Shown: positions 13,347 through 26,569, numbered from the stretch's first letter. The stretch: DNA of 64,000 nt from Eledone cirrhosa (GCA_964016885.1 OZ024743.1:74896001-74960000); one strand, 5' to 3'. Notes: generated from the letters alone by a model not told the origin. Numbers and translations are program-made.

Positions 13347-13525
13347 GGAGTATCGGTAGAGGGTCAGACACCATGCCTTGCAGCATAGAGTTATGGCCCT
13401 TTATGGTCTGAGTTCAAATCCCGCCGAGGTTAACTTTGATTTCATCCTTACGGGGTCGATAAAATAAAGAACCAGTAATACACTGGGATAATTGCTGGCC
13501 TTGTGCCAAAAGTAGAAACAATTAT
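13347..13525 (+). mobile_element. tRNA-derived SINE copy
   Basis: Matches 11791-11975. Confidence 0.85.
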
Positions 13526-13833
13526 TTAAAACCCTATCTAATACAATTTCATCATCGTAGTTCATTTTTATATATATATATATATATATCTTTTGGCAGC
13601 TATATTGGTATACAGAAAACTACTAATGTATAAATTGGTCACCATCAAAGTCAACATACTTTGCTGTAATATTACTATAAATTGTAAAATGGACTCTAAT
13701 CGTAATATTGACGAAACCCTCATCTTCAATTATTACCGACAATAAATGTCTCTACTTCGGTAGCATATATTTTGGTGGCATCGTGCCATCTTTAATTTTA
13801 AGTCGAACATACAAATAGTTTATCTATGTATAT

Positions 13834-13866
<33 letters not shown>

Positions 13867-14361
13867 ATGTGTGCGTGTGAGTGTGTGTGTATGTATGTAT
13901 GCATGTAGACGTGTGTGTGTAAATATATCTGTCTTTGTGTCTACACGAGTATATGTGTATATATATATACACACACACACACATTGACACTCTTATATCT
14001 TCGGACAAATAAAAGATATATAATTATACTCAAATGTGTTATGGTTTTTTTTCCTACTTACATTCATTATTTACTCCTACATGAGATGGGGGGAGCACCA
14101 TTAACTTTGCCGTCCTAACAACTTTCACTACGAAATGTTCTAAGTTGATGCTTTTAAGAAAAACTTACAATGTATTTGGCAAAATTGTAATCAGACAACT
14201 TCTTATGACTTTTTTTATTCCACCTCTTGACATTCTGAGTTCAAATCGTGTCCAAGTTAATTTTACCTTTCATCCTTCCGGGGTGGAATTCTGGGATTGA
14301 TATAATTCAGTGGTTCATTCTGTAAAAGGCATATAGACTGCGTATTATTTAATACAGCTAT

Positions 14362-14712
14362 GGCGGTGGATTGGCAGTATCGGTAGAGGGTCGGACGCCA
14401 TGCTTTGCAGTAAAGATGTATGGCCCTTTATGATCTGAATTCAAATCCCGCCGAGGTTAACTTTGCCTTTCCCTTACGGGGTCGATAAAATAAAGTACCA
14501 GTAATACACTGGGATAATTTCTGGCCTTGTGCCAAAAGTAGAAACAATTATTTAATACAGTTATGGCGGCGGATTGGCAGTATCGGTAGAGGGTAGGACG
14601 CCATGCTTTGACGCATAGACTTACGGCCCCTGTCATCCTTACGGGGTCAATAAAGTAAAGTACCAGTAATGCACTGGATAATTGCTGGCCTTGTGCCAAA
14701 AGTAGAAACAAT
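14362..14712 (+). mobile_element. Tandem dimer of tRNA-derived SINE (second copy lacks the B-box region)
   Basis: Two head-to-tail copies, each preceded by ttatttaatacag(c/t)tatggcgg. Confidence 0.85.
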
Positions 14713-15100
14713 TATTTAATACAGTTAAGCTACACGTTGCAGGTGGTGGATAGCGACACGGCCACCAGATAGTTAGTTGCGATGGTTAGTTGCGATATAA
14801 GAGGGCATCTGCTGGACGTATAAGCAACCCCAGGCCAATAGTGGTAAATTACTAAGAGAGATGGAGGAATGGGTGAAAACTCTCACAACCCAGTGATGTA
14901 GCTATGAAGAGGTGGGTAAAGGCCGCCTCTAAAAAAAAGCCTACTTTTTGCAGGTTTGAGAAAGTACCAGATTCGTGACTGGCGCGAATAAGACCACCAA
15001 AGCTACAATATGGCGAGGGGTTAGAAAAAGAATCATACCGCATCGCCTTCGTGCGGGTTAACAAGGAACGCATTCAGGCCTTAGGTTGAGGGGCCTGTTC

Positions 15101-15150
<50 letters not shown>

Positions 15151-15153
15151 AGG

Positions 15154-15225
<72 letters not shown>

Positions 15226-15245
15226 TATATGTATCTATCTATCTA

Positions 15246-15328
<83 letters not shown>

Positions 15329-15486
15329 CTGTGTGTGTGTCTGTGCGTCTTATGGTAGCTAAAATGCGTCTTATGGTAGCTAAAATGTGTCCAATGTGCC
15401 AGTTGGGCACTCTATGCTCCTACGGGGAAAACTATGATAGAATGGAAAAGGAAAAATCAGTGATGCATCGGAACTCAATTTATTGC

Positions 15487-15574
15487 GTAATACAATTGTT
15501 TCCCCGGTGAACAGCTCGAGGTGCGATCTGTGTGTGGATCGACCTGACTCTGGATTCGCAGGTTCCTCAGACAC
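15487..15574 (-). ncRNA. Hammerhead ribozyme with long stem II insert (stem I degraded)
   Basis: Minus strand: gtgt-CTGAGGA-acctgcga...tcaccggg-GAAAC-aatt-GTA; same family as 23247/23352. Confidence 0.55.
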
Positions 15575-16001
15575 ATCTATTGATTTCGGAGCAGATCCCC
15601 TTTCTGTGGTTCTGACACTACGGGTCTATATCGTCCACCTTCATCCTGTTTACGCGTCCTTGGGTTGGTCACTGGTTAGTGACATCATCATAATTCTGAC
15701 CACTGGGAGCAGCCCACTGACCATCGGAGTGTGAGCTGTCACTCACCCAGAGTCCCATCTACAAAATTACTGCTGTGTTTGCCTGTGCTTACGTTCACAC
15801 ATGTGCCCACAGAAACATATACGCATATTCATATATACACACACACATAAACAGTAACACAAATATACACATACATGCACACACAGACACACTCACACAC
15901 ACCTGTATATATACATACACACGCGCACCCATACACACGCGTACATATACATACATATACACACACAGATATATATACATACATACACACATACGCACAC
16001 A

Positions 16002-16057
<56 letters not shown>

Positions 16058-16098
16058 GAGAGTAAAACAAAGAATCCTTTAATACATCAAAAGTTTTT

Positions 16099-16143
16099 AT
16101 TAGCCGACAATGTTTCGTCCTATTAAGGACTCATCAGGGCAAT
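16099..16143 (-). ncRNA. Minimal type I hammerhead ribozyme
   Basis: Reverse complement of 18757-18801. Confidence 0.85.
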
Positions 16144-16461
16144 CAAAACAACAAGAAGTAATTTCGGCCGATACAAGCCAGAAACTCTGAAGAATATGGG
16201 GTTTACATATACTAATGTCTTACAAGGATATAGGATAATAAAAATGAGGATAAAACTATAATAACTAAGGATGTAGATGACATTAAGAACCATATTACAA
16301 ATATGGTCCAAAGTCACCAACTTAAATCTAAACAAATTTGGTTATATAGAACAGGAATTATATATAACACAGTATAATACATTTTAATAATAATATATCT
16401 ATACCAACACTGAAATTCCAAATCAAAAATCAAAAGGTGCGATATATACATGTATATATGT

Positions 16462-16492
<31 letters not shown>

Positions 16493-18402
16493 TTACAATA
16501 CACATATCTATTTTCTATTACACAGAAATTAAGCCTCAAAAATATTAAAAATAAACATGGTAATAGTGAAAATAATGCTAATATATCTACCCAATATACA
16601 TGGGGCAATAATTACAAGAAACACTTATAATAAATAATAAACAACAAAATTATATAATATAATACAATATAATAAAGTAGAATATATATAAAATAAGAAT
16701 ATATATAATATCCGGTTAATTTACAGAAACAATATAGATGTCACAGTGAACATTATATTAACAATTACCATATGTACAACATGGTTCATATTGGGTTACA
16801 TAATAAATGGGGAAATATCAATCATATAATATAATACAATAATACAATAATACTCAAAAAAACTATATTGGTACAGGGAACAATTATGATGTTACAGAAA
16901 AAATATGTTGTTACAGAAAAAATATATAGACATCTAACATGATATGTAAAGTCTAAATACCGTAATGTTACATACTACAGTATTAAAATATTAAAATATT
17001 AAGATATTAAAATATTAAGATATTAAAAAATATAAAGTTTAAGTATCTTAATGTTATATATAATAAACGGTAAGTAAGGATCTATATCATAATGTAATAT
17101 ATCTTAAAAATAGGCATATAATATATAAATAAATACTTATAATTTCAAGGTTAGTAGACAGACATATGTGGATGAGCAAAGCCAGACAGTGAGTGGTAAA
17201 TAAAACCAATCAACCGGAAATTACAAAACATTATTTTTATTTTTATTTTTAATTCTATTTATATTTTTATCTCTAAGTCTGTTCTGATTTATCTATTATA
17301 CCCCTCCCCCCTTCTCCCCCCCCCATGCACGCATAAACTTATTGTCAACCCCCTAGATTAAATATGATTATATTAAACCCCCCCCCCCACTCTTTTATGC
17401 TCTGTTCTATTATTTATTATAGTATATCGAATATATTTTATGCTACTTCGCACCCTCCATATATTTCATCAATTCTGTCCCCATTAGCTTACCTTAACTT
17501 TACTTAAGTCAGTTTTTTAGATATCGTTGCGTGTATAATTTTTATTCCTTTTTGTAAACATTTGTAATGATATATTAAAGTTTATATATTTTAATGACTG
17601 AGACTATAGCTAATTTTATACTACCTTATCGGACGGGTTTGATATTTTTAATATGAATTTATCATATAGGGTTGGGAGTCATTTAAAATGATCGTTTTCC
17701 TGGGTGCTTACCAAATTTCTTAATGCACGCGGGACTTAAGTGTGTTTACATTTGCCTTGTTTTGTAATATATTATATGCCTATTTTTAAGATATATTACA
17801 TTATGATATAGATCCTTATTACTTACCGTTTATTATATATAACATTAAGATACTTAAACTTTATATTTTTTAATATCTTAATATTTTAATATCTTAATAT
17901 TTTAATATTTTAATACTGTAGTATGTAACATTACGGTATTTAGACTTTACATATCATGTTAGATGTCTATATATTTTTTCTGTAACAACATATTTTTTCT
18001 GTAACATCATAATTGTTCCCTGTACCAATATAGTTTTTTTTAGTATTATTGTATTATTGTATTATATTATATGATTGATATTTCCCCATTTATTATGTAA
18101 CCCAATATGAACCATGTTGTACATATGGTAATTGTTAATATAATGTTCACTGTGACATCTATATTGTTTCTGTAAATTAACCGGATATTATATATATTCT
18201 TATTTTATATATATTCTACTTTATTATATTGTATTATATTATATAATTTTGTTGTTTATTATTTATTATAAGTGTTTCTTGTAATTATTGCCCCATGTAT
18301 ATTGGGTAGATATATTAGCATTATTTTCACTATTACCATGTTTATTTTTAATATTTTTGAGGCTTAATTTCTGTGTAATAGAAAATAGATATGTGTATTG
18401 TA

Positions 18403-18439
<37 letters not shown>

Positions 18440-18756
18440 CATATATACATGTATATATCGCACCTTTTGATTTTTGATTTGGAATTTCAGTGTTGGTATA
18501 GATATATTATTATTAGAATGTATTATACTGTGTTATATATAATTCCTGTTCTATATAACCAAATTTGTTTAGATTTAAGTTGGTGACTTTGGACCATATT
18601 TGTAATATGGTTCTTAATGTCATCTACATCCTTAGTTATTATAGTTTTATCCTCATTTTTATTATCCTATATCCTTGTAAGACATTAGTATATGTAAACC
18701 CCATATTCTTCAGAGTTTCTGGCTTGTATCTGCCGAAATTACTTCTTGTTGTTTTG

Positions 18757-18801
18757 ATTGCCCTGATGAGTCCTTAATAGGACGAAACATTGTCGGCTAA
18801 T
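18757..18801 (+). ncRNA. Minimal type I hammerhead ribozyme
   Basis: attgcc-CTGATGA-gtcc-ttaata-ggac-GAAAC-att-GTC-ggctaat; canonical core, GUC triplet (predicted cleavage after 18794). Confidence 0.88.
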
Positions 18802-18944
18802 AAAAACTTTTGATGTATTAAAGGATTCTTTGTTTTACTCTCTTAATTTTTCGGCTCTGTTTAACTGCATTGAGCTATACCTTTTACTGTCATTTCTATA
18901 ATACGAAGAGGGTGTTTGACTCAAACACGCTCCAGTATTCTAAT

Positions 18945-19004
<60 letters not shown>

Positions 19005-19090
19005 GCACATATATACATACACACACGACCACACGGACATATACACATATAGATATACATACACGTACATATATATAGAGAGATATACAT

Positions 19091-19115
19091 ACACGTGTAG
19101 AGGGACAAATATGTA

Positions 19116-19153
<38 letters not shown>

Positions 19154-19178
19154 TACATATTTGTCCCTCTACACGTGT
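19091..19178. repeat. Palindrome centred on (TA)n
   Basis: acacgtgtagagggacaaatatgtagatg-(TA)n-catctacatatttgtccctctacacgtgt. Confidence 0.85.
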
Positions 19179-19949
19179 GTAGACACACACACTCACACAC
19201 GCACACTCACACATATACATACACACACACTCACACGTATACTCTTACATGTATAAATGTATATATATATACACACATAAAAAATATGTAAAAATATATA
19301 AGAAAAGTATATAAAGATACACATTTGGCTGTGCATGAGAAAATACACCTTGATGTACATGCTGACAGAGTTGGTATTATGTTGCGAGCGTGGATTAGTC
19401 CACGTATGGAAACCTCAAGCAAAACTACATATGGGGAGCTCATGGTAGTAATGTAAAGGGTATGCCCAGACCATATATAGGAAATGCATGCAGAATATAT
19501 AAATGATATATCAGAAATATAAAGAAAAGTATATAACGATACACATTGGGTTGTACATGGAAAAATACACATTGGGTTGTACATGAAAAAATACACATTG
19601 GGTTGTACATGGAAAAATACATGGTGTTACATAATGGAATGCGTGGAGAATATGCACACACTACTGAAAAGATACACATGCGGGGAGTGCGTGAACAGGC
19701 TATAATAGAGTATGTCACTGTGGGTGAGATAGAGTGCCTTATTGATGTATGGTATGGGACTGAATATCCATGGAAGTTGAGCCGCCGTGTCCCGGCTCGT
19801 GCGATGTCGTTGCTTTGCATGACGTGCAGAGTCCGATAGGCAGCATAGATTGTGTCGACTTACCCCACAAGGCATACATACTCAACAAGGTATGGTGTCA
19901 ATCCCCTTGGATTCCCGACGCCGCTCGGACTGACGTCCACTTCCCCGTA

Positions 19950-20500
19950 TGCCTTTAGTTTGGGCGTCCGGTGGTGTCCATGCAGAGAGTGTGCACCTTC
20001 TCTGGTGTCTGCACGCCATGACAATCTCCGATTTCAGATTGACCGCATCATCCTTTAGTCTCACTATCTCCATGGCCTCGGATAAGCATAGCCTACACTT
20101 CCTCTCTCCAGCCGAATATGCATTTGCATGTTGAACGATACTCCAGTTGAGATCACCAAGTCCCATATTAGCTCCGCCATCCTAGTGTCTCTTGCTCCGC
20201 TACTTGAAAGAGTTTGTGTGATTATACATCCTCGAACATCGTGAATGTTGTGCCGATGTAGGTGCGCTTGGTGTTGTGTGTATTAACCACACATTTATAT
20301 ACTAGGCCCTTCGTTAGGCATCCTCCCTGCACAGGGCATTGTGTGCCCGCCCTGCAATTACATGTTCGGTCGTTATGTTGCTCATCTCTTACGCTGGGCC
20401 TTGGGTCTACTACGGCATTCCCCCGATTCTCTGGGTGTTGTTCTGTCGGTGCGGTGGGTTCCCCTCCGTCATTCAGTTCCGCCTGGCATTCGTTTACAGC
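19950..20500 (-). pseudogene. Penelope-like element GIY-YIG endonuclease fragment (Nematis-type)
   Basis: CNCR..CP..G.CL..GLVY.C.V...YIGTT followed by W.I...Y..G..KCRLCLSE...VN.KSEI...CRH, the Cys-rich GIY-YIG pattern of Nematis-clade PLEs; disrupted frame. Confidence 0.85.
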
Positions 20501-20581
20501 GTCATATATATACACATTATATATACATATATATACAGTATCTATATATATATCTAAATATATATATACACAGTATATGTA

Positions 20582-20625
<44 letters not shown>

Positions 20626-21464
20626 TATACAGTAGCAGTCTTTTTCTCACTTACATTTGCAGAGGTCAGACGTGTCTTTTTGCTCCCCCCGCTTTCTCCC
20701 GTTCATGCTTTATATATATATATAAAGCATTAACGGGAGAAAGTTTTCCTTCATCAGTTGTCTGCTGGGGGTCTCGGATGTTTCTACGCATTAAAGACAA
20801 GATATCTTGCCCTAGTGCGTTCACTAACTAAGGTAAGTTATTGGGAAAACAAAGCAGGGAGAGAAAGAAAAGGGAAAAGGGAAGAAAAGAGAAAAGAGAA
20901 AAACAGCGAAAAAAAACAGGATACAACAAACCGAAGAGTGTGTGAGCAACTCGAAGAGAGATAATTAAAGTCAACGACAATTACTGAACATAAGTTCGAT
21001 ATTGTGCGGGGGGAGCAAAAAGACACGTCTGACCTCTGCAAGTGTAAGAGAGAAAAAGAATGCTAGAGGGACAGGCGATACAAATAATGAGGTGGCTAGC
21101 AGAGAGAGGGTGAGTGAAAATGAGAGGGAGAAAGGGAGAGAAAGAAAGAGAGGGGAGAGTAGATAGGAACGAAATAGGTAGGTAGAAGGAAAAAGAAGAC
21201 AGGTCACAGCGAAACATGATAAAATATATGAAGAAGAGAGGGGGCTGTGTAGTTGTTGGATAAGGTATACTTAAAACTCAGAAGAAAGCATGAACGGGAG
21301 AAAGTCTTCCTTCATCAGTTGTCTGCTGGGGGCCTCGGATATTTCTACGAATCATACTCTGTATATATATATATATATATATATATAACGAAGGAAGTGT
21401 GGTGGACCATAACGCACCAGAGTACTCTACTACTTTGGGTAGTAGAGTGGGTAATAGGAAATTA

Positions 21465-21513
<49 letters not shown>

Positions 21514-21520
<7 letters not shown>

Positions 21521-21612
21521 CAAAATGAATAAATGTAGGAGTCGCAAGTCGCTAGAACAAAAATATTTTGTTCTAATGACTTGAACTCCTACATTTATTC
21601 ACTTTGCTTATA
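21514..21612. repeat. Fold-back palindrome adjoining (TA)n
   Basis: ataagcaaaatgaataaatgtaggagt...agaacaaaa-at-attttgttct...actcctacatttattcactttgcttat. Confidence 0.8.
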
Positions 21613-21839
21613 CCTGCTCTGCTTGAACTCTCCACTAATTATTAACCCCCTCTTTAATATTTAACACTGCTAACCCAAGCAATGAGCCCACCTCGCTTCG
21701 GCTATCGGCATTTAGTATACTGTATCGCACCTCTCTATCTCGCTCTCTCTTTCTCTCTCTCTCCTCCTCTCTTACGATACATATATCCTATATATATATA
21801 TTTACACACACACATATATATATAAATATTTATATATAT

Positions 21840-22024
21840 AACGAAGGAAGTGTGGTAAGGAACCAGGTGGACCGTAACGCACCAGAGTACTCAATACTTA
21901 GGGTAGTAAAGTGGCTAATAGGAAAATGTTCAAGACCCCGACGGCAGAGCTCGAGACGTTTCGACGGCTATTTATGGACTGTCCAGAAAAAGCCGTCGAT
22001 ATGGCTCGAGCTCTTCTGTCGGGG
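21840..22024. repeat. Dispersed (TA)n-anchored repeat with internal palindrome 21936-22024
   Basis: aacgaaggaagtgtggt...cgcaccagagtactc...ccccgacggcagagctc; other copies at 21387-21460, 44033-44221 (inverted), 44851-44988. Confidence 0.8.
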
Positions 22025-22119
22025 ATGTCAACATGAATGGACCTGTTATTTTTATCTAAAGACATTTTTAACCAATTCCAACCCGCCTTTCTCCTCAATC
22101 TATTTTATTTCTCATTCTA

Positions 22120-22155
22120 TCTTCTGATGAAGGACTAGCGTCCGAAACGTTAAGA
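22120..22155 (+). ncRNA. Minimal type I hammerhead ribozyme (palindromic ACGT stem III)
   Basis: tctt-CTGATGA-a-ggac-tagc-gtcc-GAAAC-GTT-aaga. Confidence 0.75.
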
Positions 22156-22240
22156 CCCTCTTCCTGTTATATCAAGCGTTAACCTAATATATACCTTCCA
22201 TATACTATACCGATTGTGTTGTTATTTCTGTTTACCTTTT

Positions 22241-22326
<86 letters not shown>

Positions 22327-22338
22327 ATATACATATAC

Positions 22339-22373
<35 letters not shown>

Positions 22374-22377
22374 CATA

Positions 22378-22425
<48 letters not shown>

Positions 22426-22691
22426 CATACATATATATATATCCAAAATTAAAGTAAGGGTGTCCGGGATTTGACTACTGTGATTTACCGATCGATTGAT
22501 GGTGAAATATATTTCTTTAATGATATATATACAAGGAAGATTAATCATTTTAAAAGGTATCTATATTTAAAGTTCTAGTTAAACTTTAGTTACCTATCTA
22601 GCTGTGTGTGCTTGCACACTTTACAAATTATTCCCTGTGATTGTTACATACGTTTATTTTATATATATATATATGTCAATCAATTTCTAGT

Positions 22692-22743
<52 letters not shown>

Positions 22744-22964
22744 ATAATAATAAATTTGAAGACTAAAATCCAAAGAGGGCTCGATAAGGATAAATATATA
22801 TCAAATATATAAGAACCGTAGAGCAAATATTTATTAAAATAACAGATTAAAGTTTAAGCAAAGAATCGCAGCTTTCATCCTTAACGGGATCTTCTGAAAC
22901 TAACAAAGTCAACCTGTGAACACAGAAGTGAATATTGCAAAAAACGTTGCAATCTGTTATTTTA

Positions 22965-22995
<31 letters not shown>

Positions 22996-23071
22996 ATTGG
23001 TGTGGGATGCTTAAAGCGTCCGTAAGCAGTATGGCGTTTGAGCACTCAATGCTCTTACAGAGCAGAGTATA

Positions 23072-23176
23072 ATATCATATAAGAAACGGAGAATCAGGGG
23101 TGCGACGAATAAAATTTATTAGACAATAATAAATCTTATTCGTCGCACTACTGATTCTCCGTTTCTTATGTGATAT
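23072..23176. repeat. Fold-back palindrome of a repeat related to the 23203-23567 element
   Basis: atatcatataagaaacggagaatcag..gtgcgacgaataa / ttattcgtcgcac..ctgattctccgtttcttatgtgatat. Confidence 0.8.
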
Positions 23177-23246
23177 ATTGTAATATATATATATATATAT
23201 AAAATGGAAAACGAAAAATCAGTGATGCATCGGAACTCAATTTATT

Positions 23247-23334
23247 GTGTTACAATTGTTTCGCCAGCGAACAGCTCCCGGTGCGATCCGTGTCTGGATC
23301 GACCTGACTCTAGACTCGCAGGTTCCTCGGACAC
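23247..23334 (-). ncRNA. Variant hammerhead ribozyme (CCGAGGA core, long stem II)
   Basis: Inverted copy of 23352-23439. Confidence 0.6.
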
Positions 23335-23351
23335 GTCTATTGATTTCGGAC

Positions 23352-23439
23352 GTGTCCGAGGAACCTGCGAGTCTAGAGTCAGGTCGATCCAGACACGGAT
23401 CGCACCGGGAGCTGTTCGCCGGGGAAACAATTGTAACAC
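23352..23439 (+). ncRNA. Variant hammerhead ribozyme (CCGAGGA core, long stem II)
   Basis: gtgt-CCGAGGA-acctgcga-(~50 nt incl. gatcc..ggatc hairpin)-tcgccggg-GAAAC-aatt-GTA-acac; ACAATTGT palindrome in stem III. Confidence 0.62.
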
Positions 23440-24184
23440 ACAATAAACTGAGTTCCGATGCATCACTGATGTTTCGTTTTCCATTCTATAATAATCTGCT
23501 CCGTAGGAGCATAGAGTGCTCAACCGGCATACAGCCTATGGAAGCATCTTAGCTACCATTAGACATTATATATATATATACTCATACATGTATGCCTGGA
23601 TGTGAAGTGTATGTATACATACACGTACTTAATTTATATAAATATATTGCACTGCCAATAACAGACTTGCCATTTCAGACCAGTAAGTTGTGAGTGAAAT
23701 TCTTTGATTGCAGACTCCGTGGTTAATTATCGCAGGATTGTTCCTATTTTTGCCAAGTGGGTCATTTTTACCTCGTAATTGTGTTCTTTAGAGAAATCTA
23801 TACTTTAGAAGTTTATTCTTTCAAACTTAGTGGCAAATATTTGCGGAAAACCTTTTCAACGCACGTAACTTACTGATTCAATTTATTAAAACCTGATTCT
23901 ATTTAATGGTTCACTTTGTTATGTTACTAATCTTATAAATCCTAATTTAAAAACTCGAGGTTTTCAAACCAAGAAACAAACCAGTCACACGTACCTTACA
24001 ATTGCAATCTGTAGTCGGAATAGTAAATATACGCAAGACATGTTACTTACACTTTACCATTATTATTTAATCCTGCCGAGGTTCACTTTGCCTTTCATCC
24101 TTACGGGGTCGATAAAATAAAGTACCAGTAATGCACTGGGTAATTGATGGCCTTGTGCCAAAAGTAGAAACAATTATTATTTAA

Positions 24185-24700
24185 ACTAGTTGGCCCCGTG
24201 CCGTCAAAACTGGCGGCTAATTGTAGTATTTTATATATGTTAAAAGGGTACCAAACGAAGTTTTTAGTTTAATAATTCTTTTATTACAAATTTGTGTGAA
24301 ACACTATCAGCAACTAACATAGATAACCAAGATAAACTCTTGATGTGTATATGTATACATTTATATGTATCTATATATATAAAGTTGTAGTTCCTGTCTG
24401 TTTGTCTGTTTGTTTGTTCACGAACTCCTCCTGTGGTTTTGGAGATAGACCCCAATAACCATATGTATTCTGAAACTACATTGCCCAGGGTACTTGGATA
24501 AGTATATTTAATTTTAATCAAAGGGTTCCCCGGGGGCACAAAGCCCCGCTGAAAATCTTTTCCCTTCGATTTATATGAAATTTAAACCATAGGTAAATGA
24601 CAAGATATGATGCTTATTCACAAAATTTCAGCAAATTTCAATAATATTAAGACACCCTATAGTGAACATTTTGGAAGCCTATAACTTGAGTATTGGAACT
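24185..24700. mobile_element. Helitron-type remnants (3' end on minus strand, 5'-like end on plus strand)
   Basis: Minus: hairpin gccgcca-gttt-tgacggc, then ~10 nt, then CTAG|T at ~24186; plus ~24370 TCtatatatataaagttg..(gtct/gttt)n, typical of non-autonomous Helitron 5' ends. Confidence 0.55.
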
Positions 24701-25769
24701 TTGAATTTTTAATTTGAAAATAATGCTTTTACACAAAAATGAAATGATCAAGTTTTGAATTGATATCTTGAAAAAAATTATTTACAAGAAACAAAATAAG
24801 AATAAGATTTAATAATGTAATTTTGATTTGATATATTACAAAAAAATAATGTTTTCAAATTGTTGATGCATTACATTTTACATTAAGTAATATTGAAATG
24901 CAGAGTTTCTCTCCATAAATTATACCACTGATTCAGCGATGTAGCTTTGATTCTGTTTTTAGAACACAACTTCTTTATGTGCCCCACACTTCTCTACATA
25001 AACTGCACCTATTAACATAACTTCAATTTCTTCATTATTTTCAGGCTTACAACTAAAGAGATATCATCAGATGAGAAAACTTTAGTTAGATTTATATTAT
25101 CCTGTTGTTAACATGAATTCTACCCATTGGTGGTGGATTGACAGAATCGGTAGAGCGTCAGTGTTCTGGTTCTTTACACTCTCAGTTCAAATCTCGCCGA
25201 TATCCATTTTACCTTTCATGATTCCTGTGTCGATAAAATAAAGTACCATTCAAGTACTGGGGTTGATTTACACAACTCTTCCTTTCTTGTTAGGTTTGTG
25301 TCTCAATTAGAAATCAATGTGATTTATTTTATTCTGTGTTACAAAATAAAATTCCAGGCAATAAATCAATTCACAGTTGTATAAATAACATTACAAATAT
25401 TGATGGAAATATAAAAGAAAAGAAAAAAAGGAAAAACAAAACCAATCAACAAACAGAGTGGGGAAGGGGGGAAAGGGGTATTCCTGACTGTATAGTAAAA
25501 TAGGAGAAAGGGCTATAAATGCCATAAATGAGAAGAAATGGAGGGGGAAAGCAAGGACTATGAGGCCACTTAACAGATTAAATTTTTTCAAATGTATTTT
25601 ATAAACAGATATAAATGTTTTCATGTAGCATCAAGCATGATAAGGTATTTATAGTATTATAAATCTTATACTATTTCACAGGGTTGTAAATTATCCCAAT
25701 TCATAAAAATCTTTCCCACAAATTCTAAATTCTTAATGTAACATAAGTTATAACATATATACACGGTTC

Positions 25770-26090
25770 TGTAACTTCTGAGGGAGTCGGAGGTCCGCCG
25801 TAAGGGCATACGGTGTTTCTAGGGCACATTCAGACCTGGTAGAGACCATCTCTGTCCAGGTCTGAATACAGCAGATTTCTTCCAGAGAAATATAGAGAGA
25901 GTGAGAGCATGGAAGTGAGATAAAGATATAGTGGAAAAATCGACTCCAGTTCAAGACTGGTACATTTTTATAGACCTGGAATAAATGATAGACAAAGTTG
26001 ACTTCGGCTGGATTTGAACTGAGAGAGCCGAAACAAATACCACAAAGCATTTTATCCGACGTTCTAACGACTCTGCCAATTCGCCGCCTT
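25770..26090 (-). mobile_element. Longer SINE subfamily copy
   Basis: Homologous to 12697-13034 and 48514-48835. Confidence 0.75.
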
Positions 26091-26569
26091 ACAGTTATAA
26101 AATTTTAAATAAAACGAGAAAGATATTTTTTTATAAGTTAAGAACTAACATTAAATTAAATGAGTGTTGGAGAGTATAATTTATTCTAGAATATTCAACA
26201 ACATTTAGCTATTTAGCAAACAGTCACATTAGTGTATTATTTAATTTAAGACACAATATTGAATATCGCAAAGATTTATTCTATAATCACAATAAGACAA
26301 TATAAGATTATTCTCAGATATATATTTTCCCTGAGCGAGGACTGTAAAACGAATTCTCGGTCTTAGATATAATCCACTGTAAAGAGCTTTTCATTATAAG
26401 ATGATTATAAGATTCACCCCAGCACCGTCTTTTAGAACTACCTGACAAGCTATAGTTAATGAAACAAACAATATGGGCCCTCTCGAAATTAAGATCTTCG
26501 ATGGCTAAATATATCAGTTACAGGGTATGATGAAGCAAAATATTTGTTTTAATATCATAAGGGGAGATA

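Larger units (their letters stand above)
16053..18950 (+). mobile_element. Non-coding Penelope-like element with ~1.07 kb inverted arms (16053-17126 / 17767-18847)
   Basis: Arms are near-identical reverse complements around a 640-bp spacer; HHR near each outer end; right arm has ~100 bp extension; both flanks are (TA)n. Confidence 0.75.
23203..23567 (+). mobile_element. Penelope-like pseudo-LTR fold-back (arms 23203-23337 / 23349-23485 plus extension)
   Basis: ~135-bp inverted arms, HHR in each, flanked by (TA)n; single-arm copies at ~15350-15590 and ~36600-36812. Confidence 0.75.

Noticed and set aside
22865-22900. CAGAAGA-tcc..gga-t-GAAA HHR-like motif on the minus strand
   Set aside because: Core substitution and no convincing stem I or NUH.
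25035-25075. CTGATGA...GAAA on the minus strand
   Set aside because: No stem II pairing or cleavage triplet; likely chance in AT-rich DNA.
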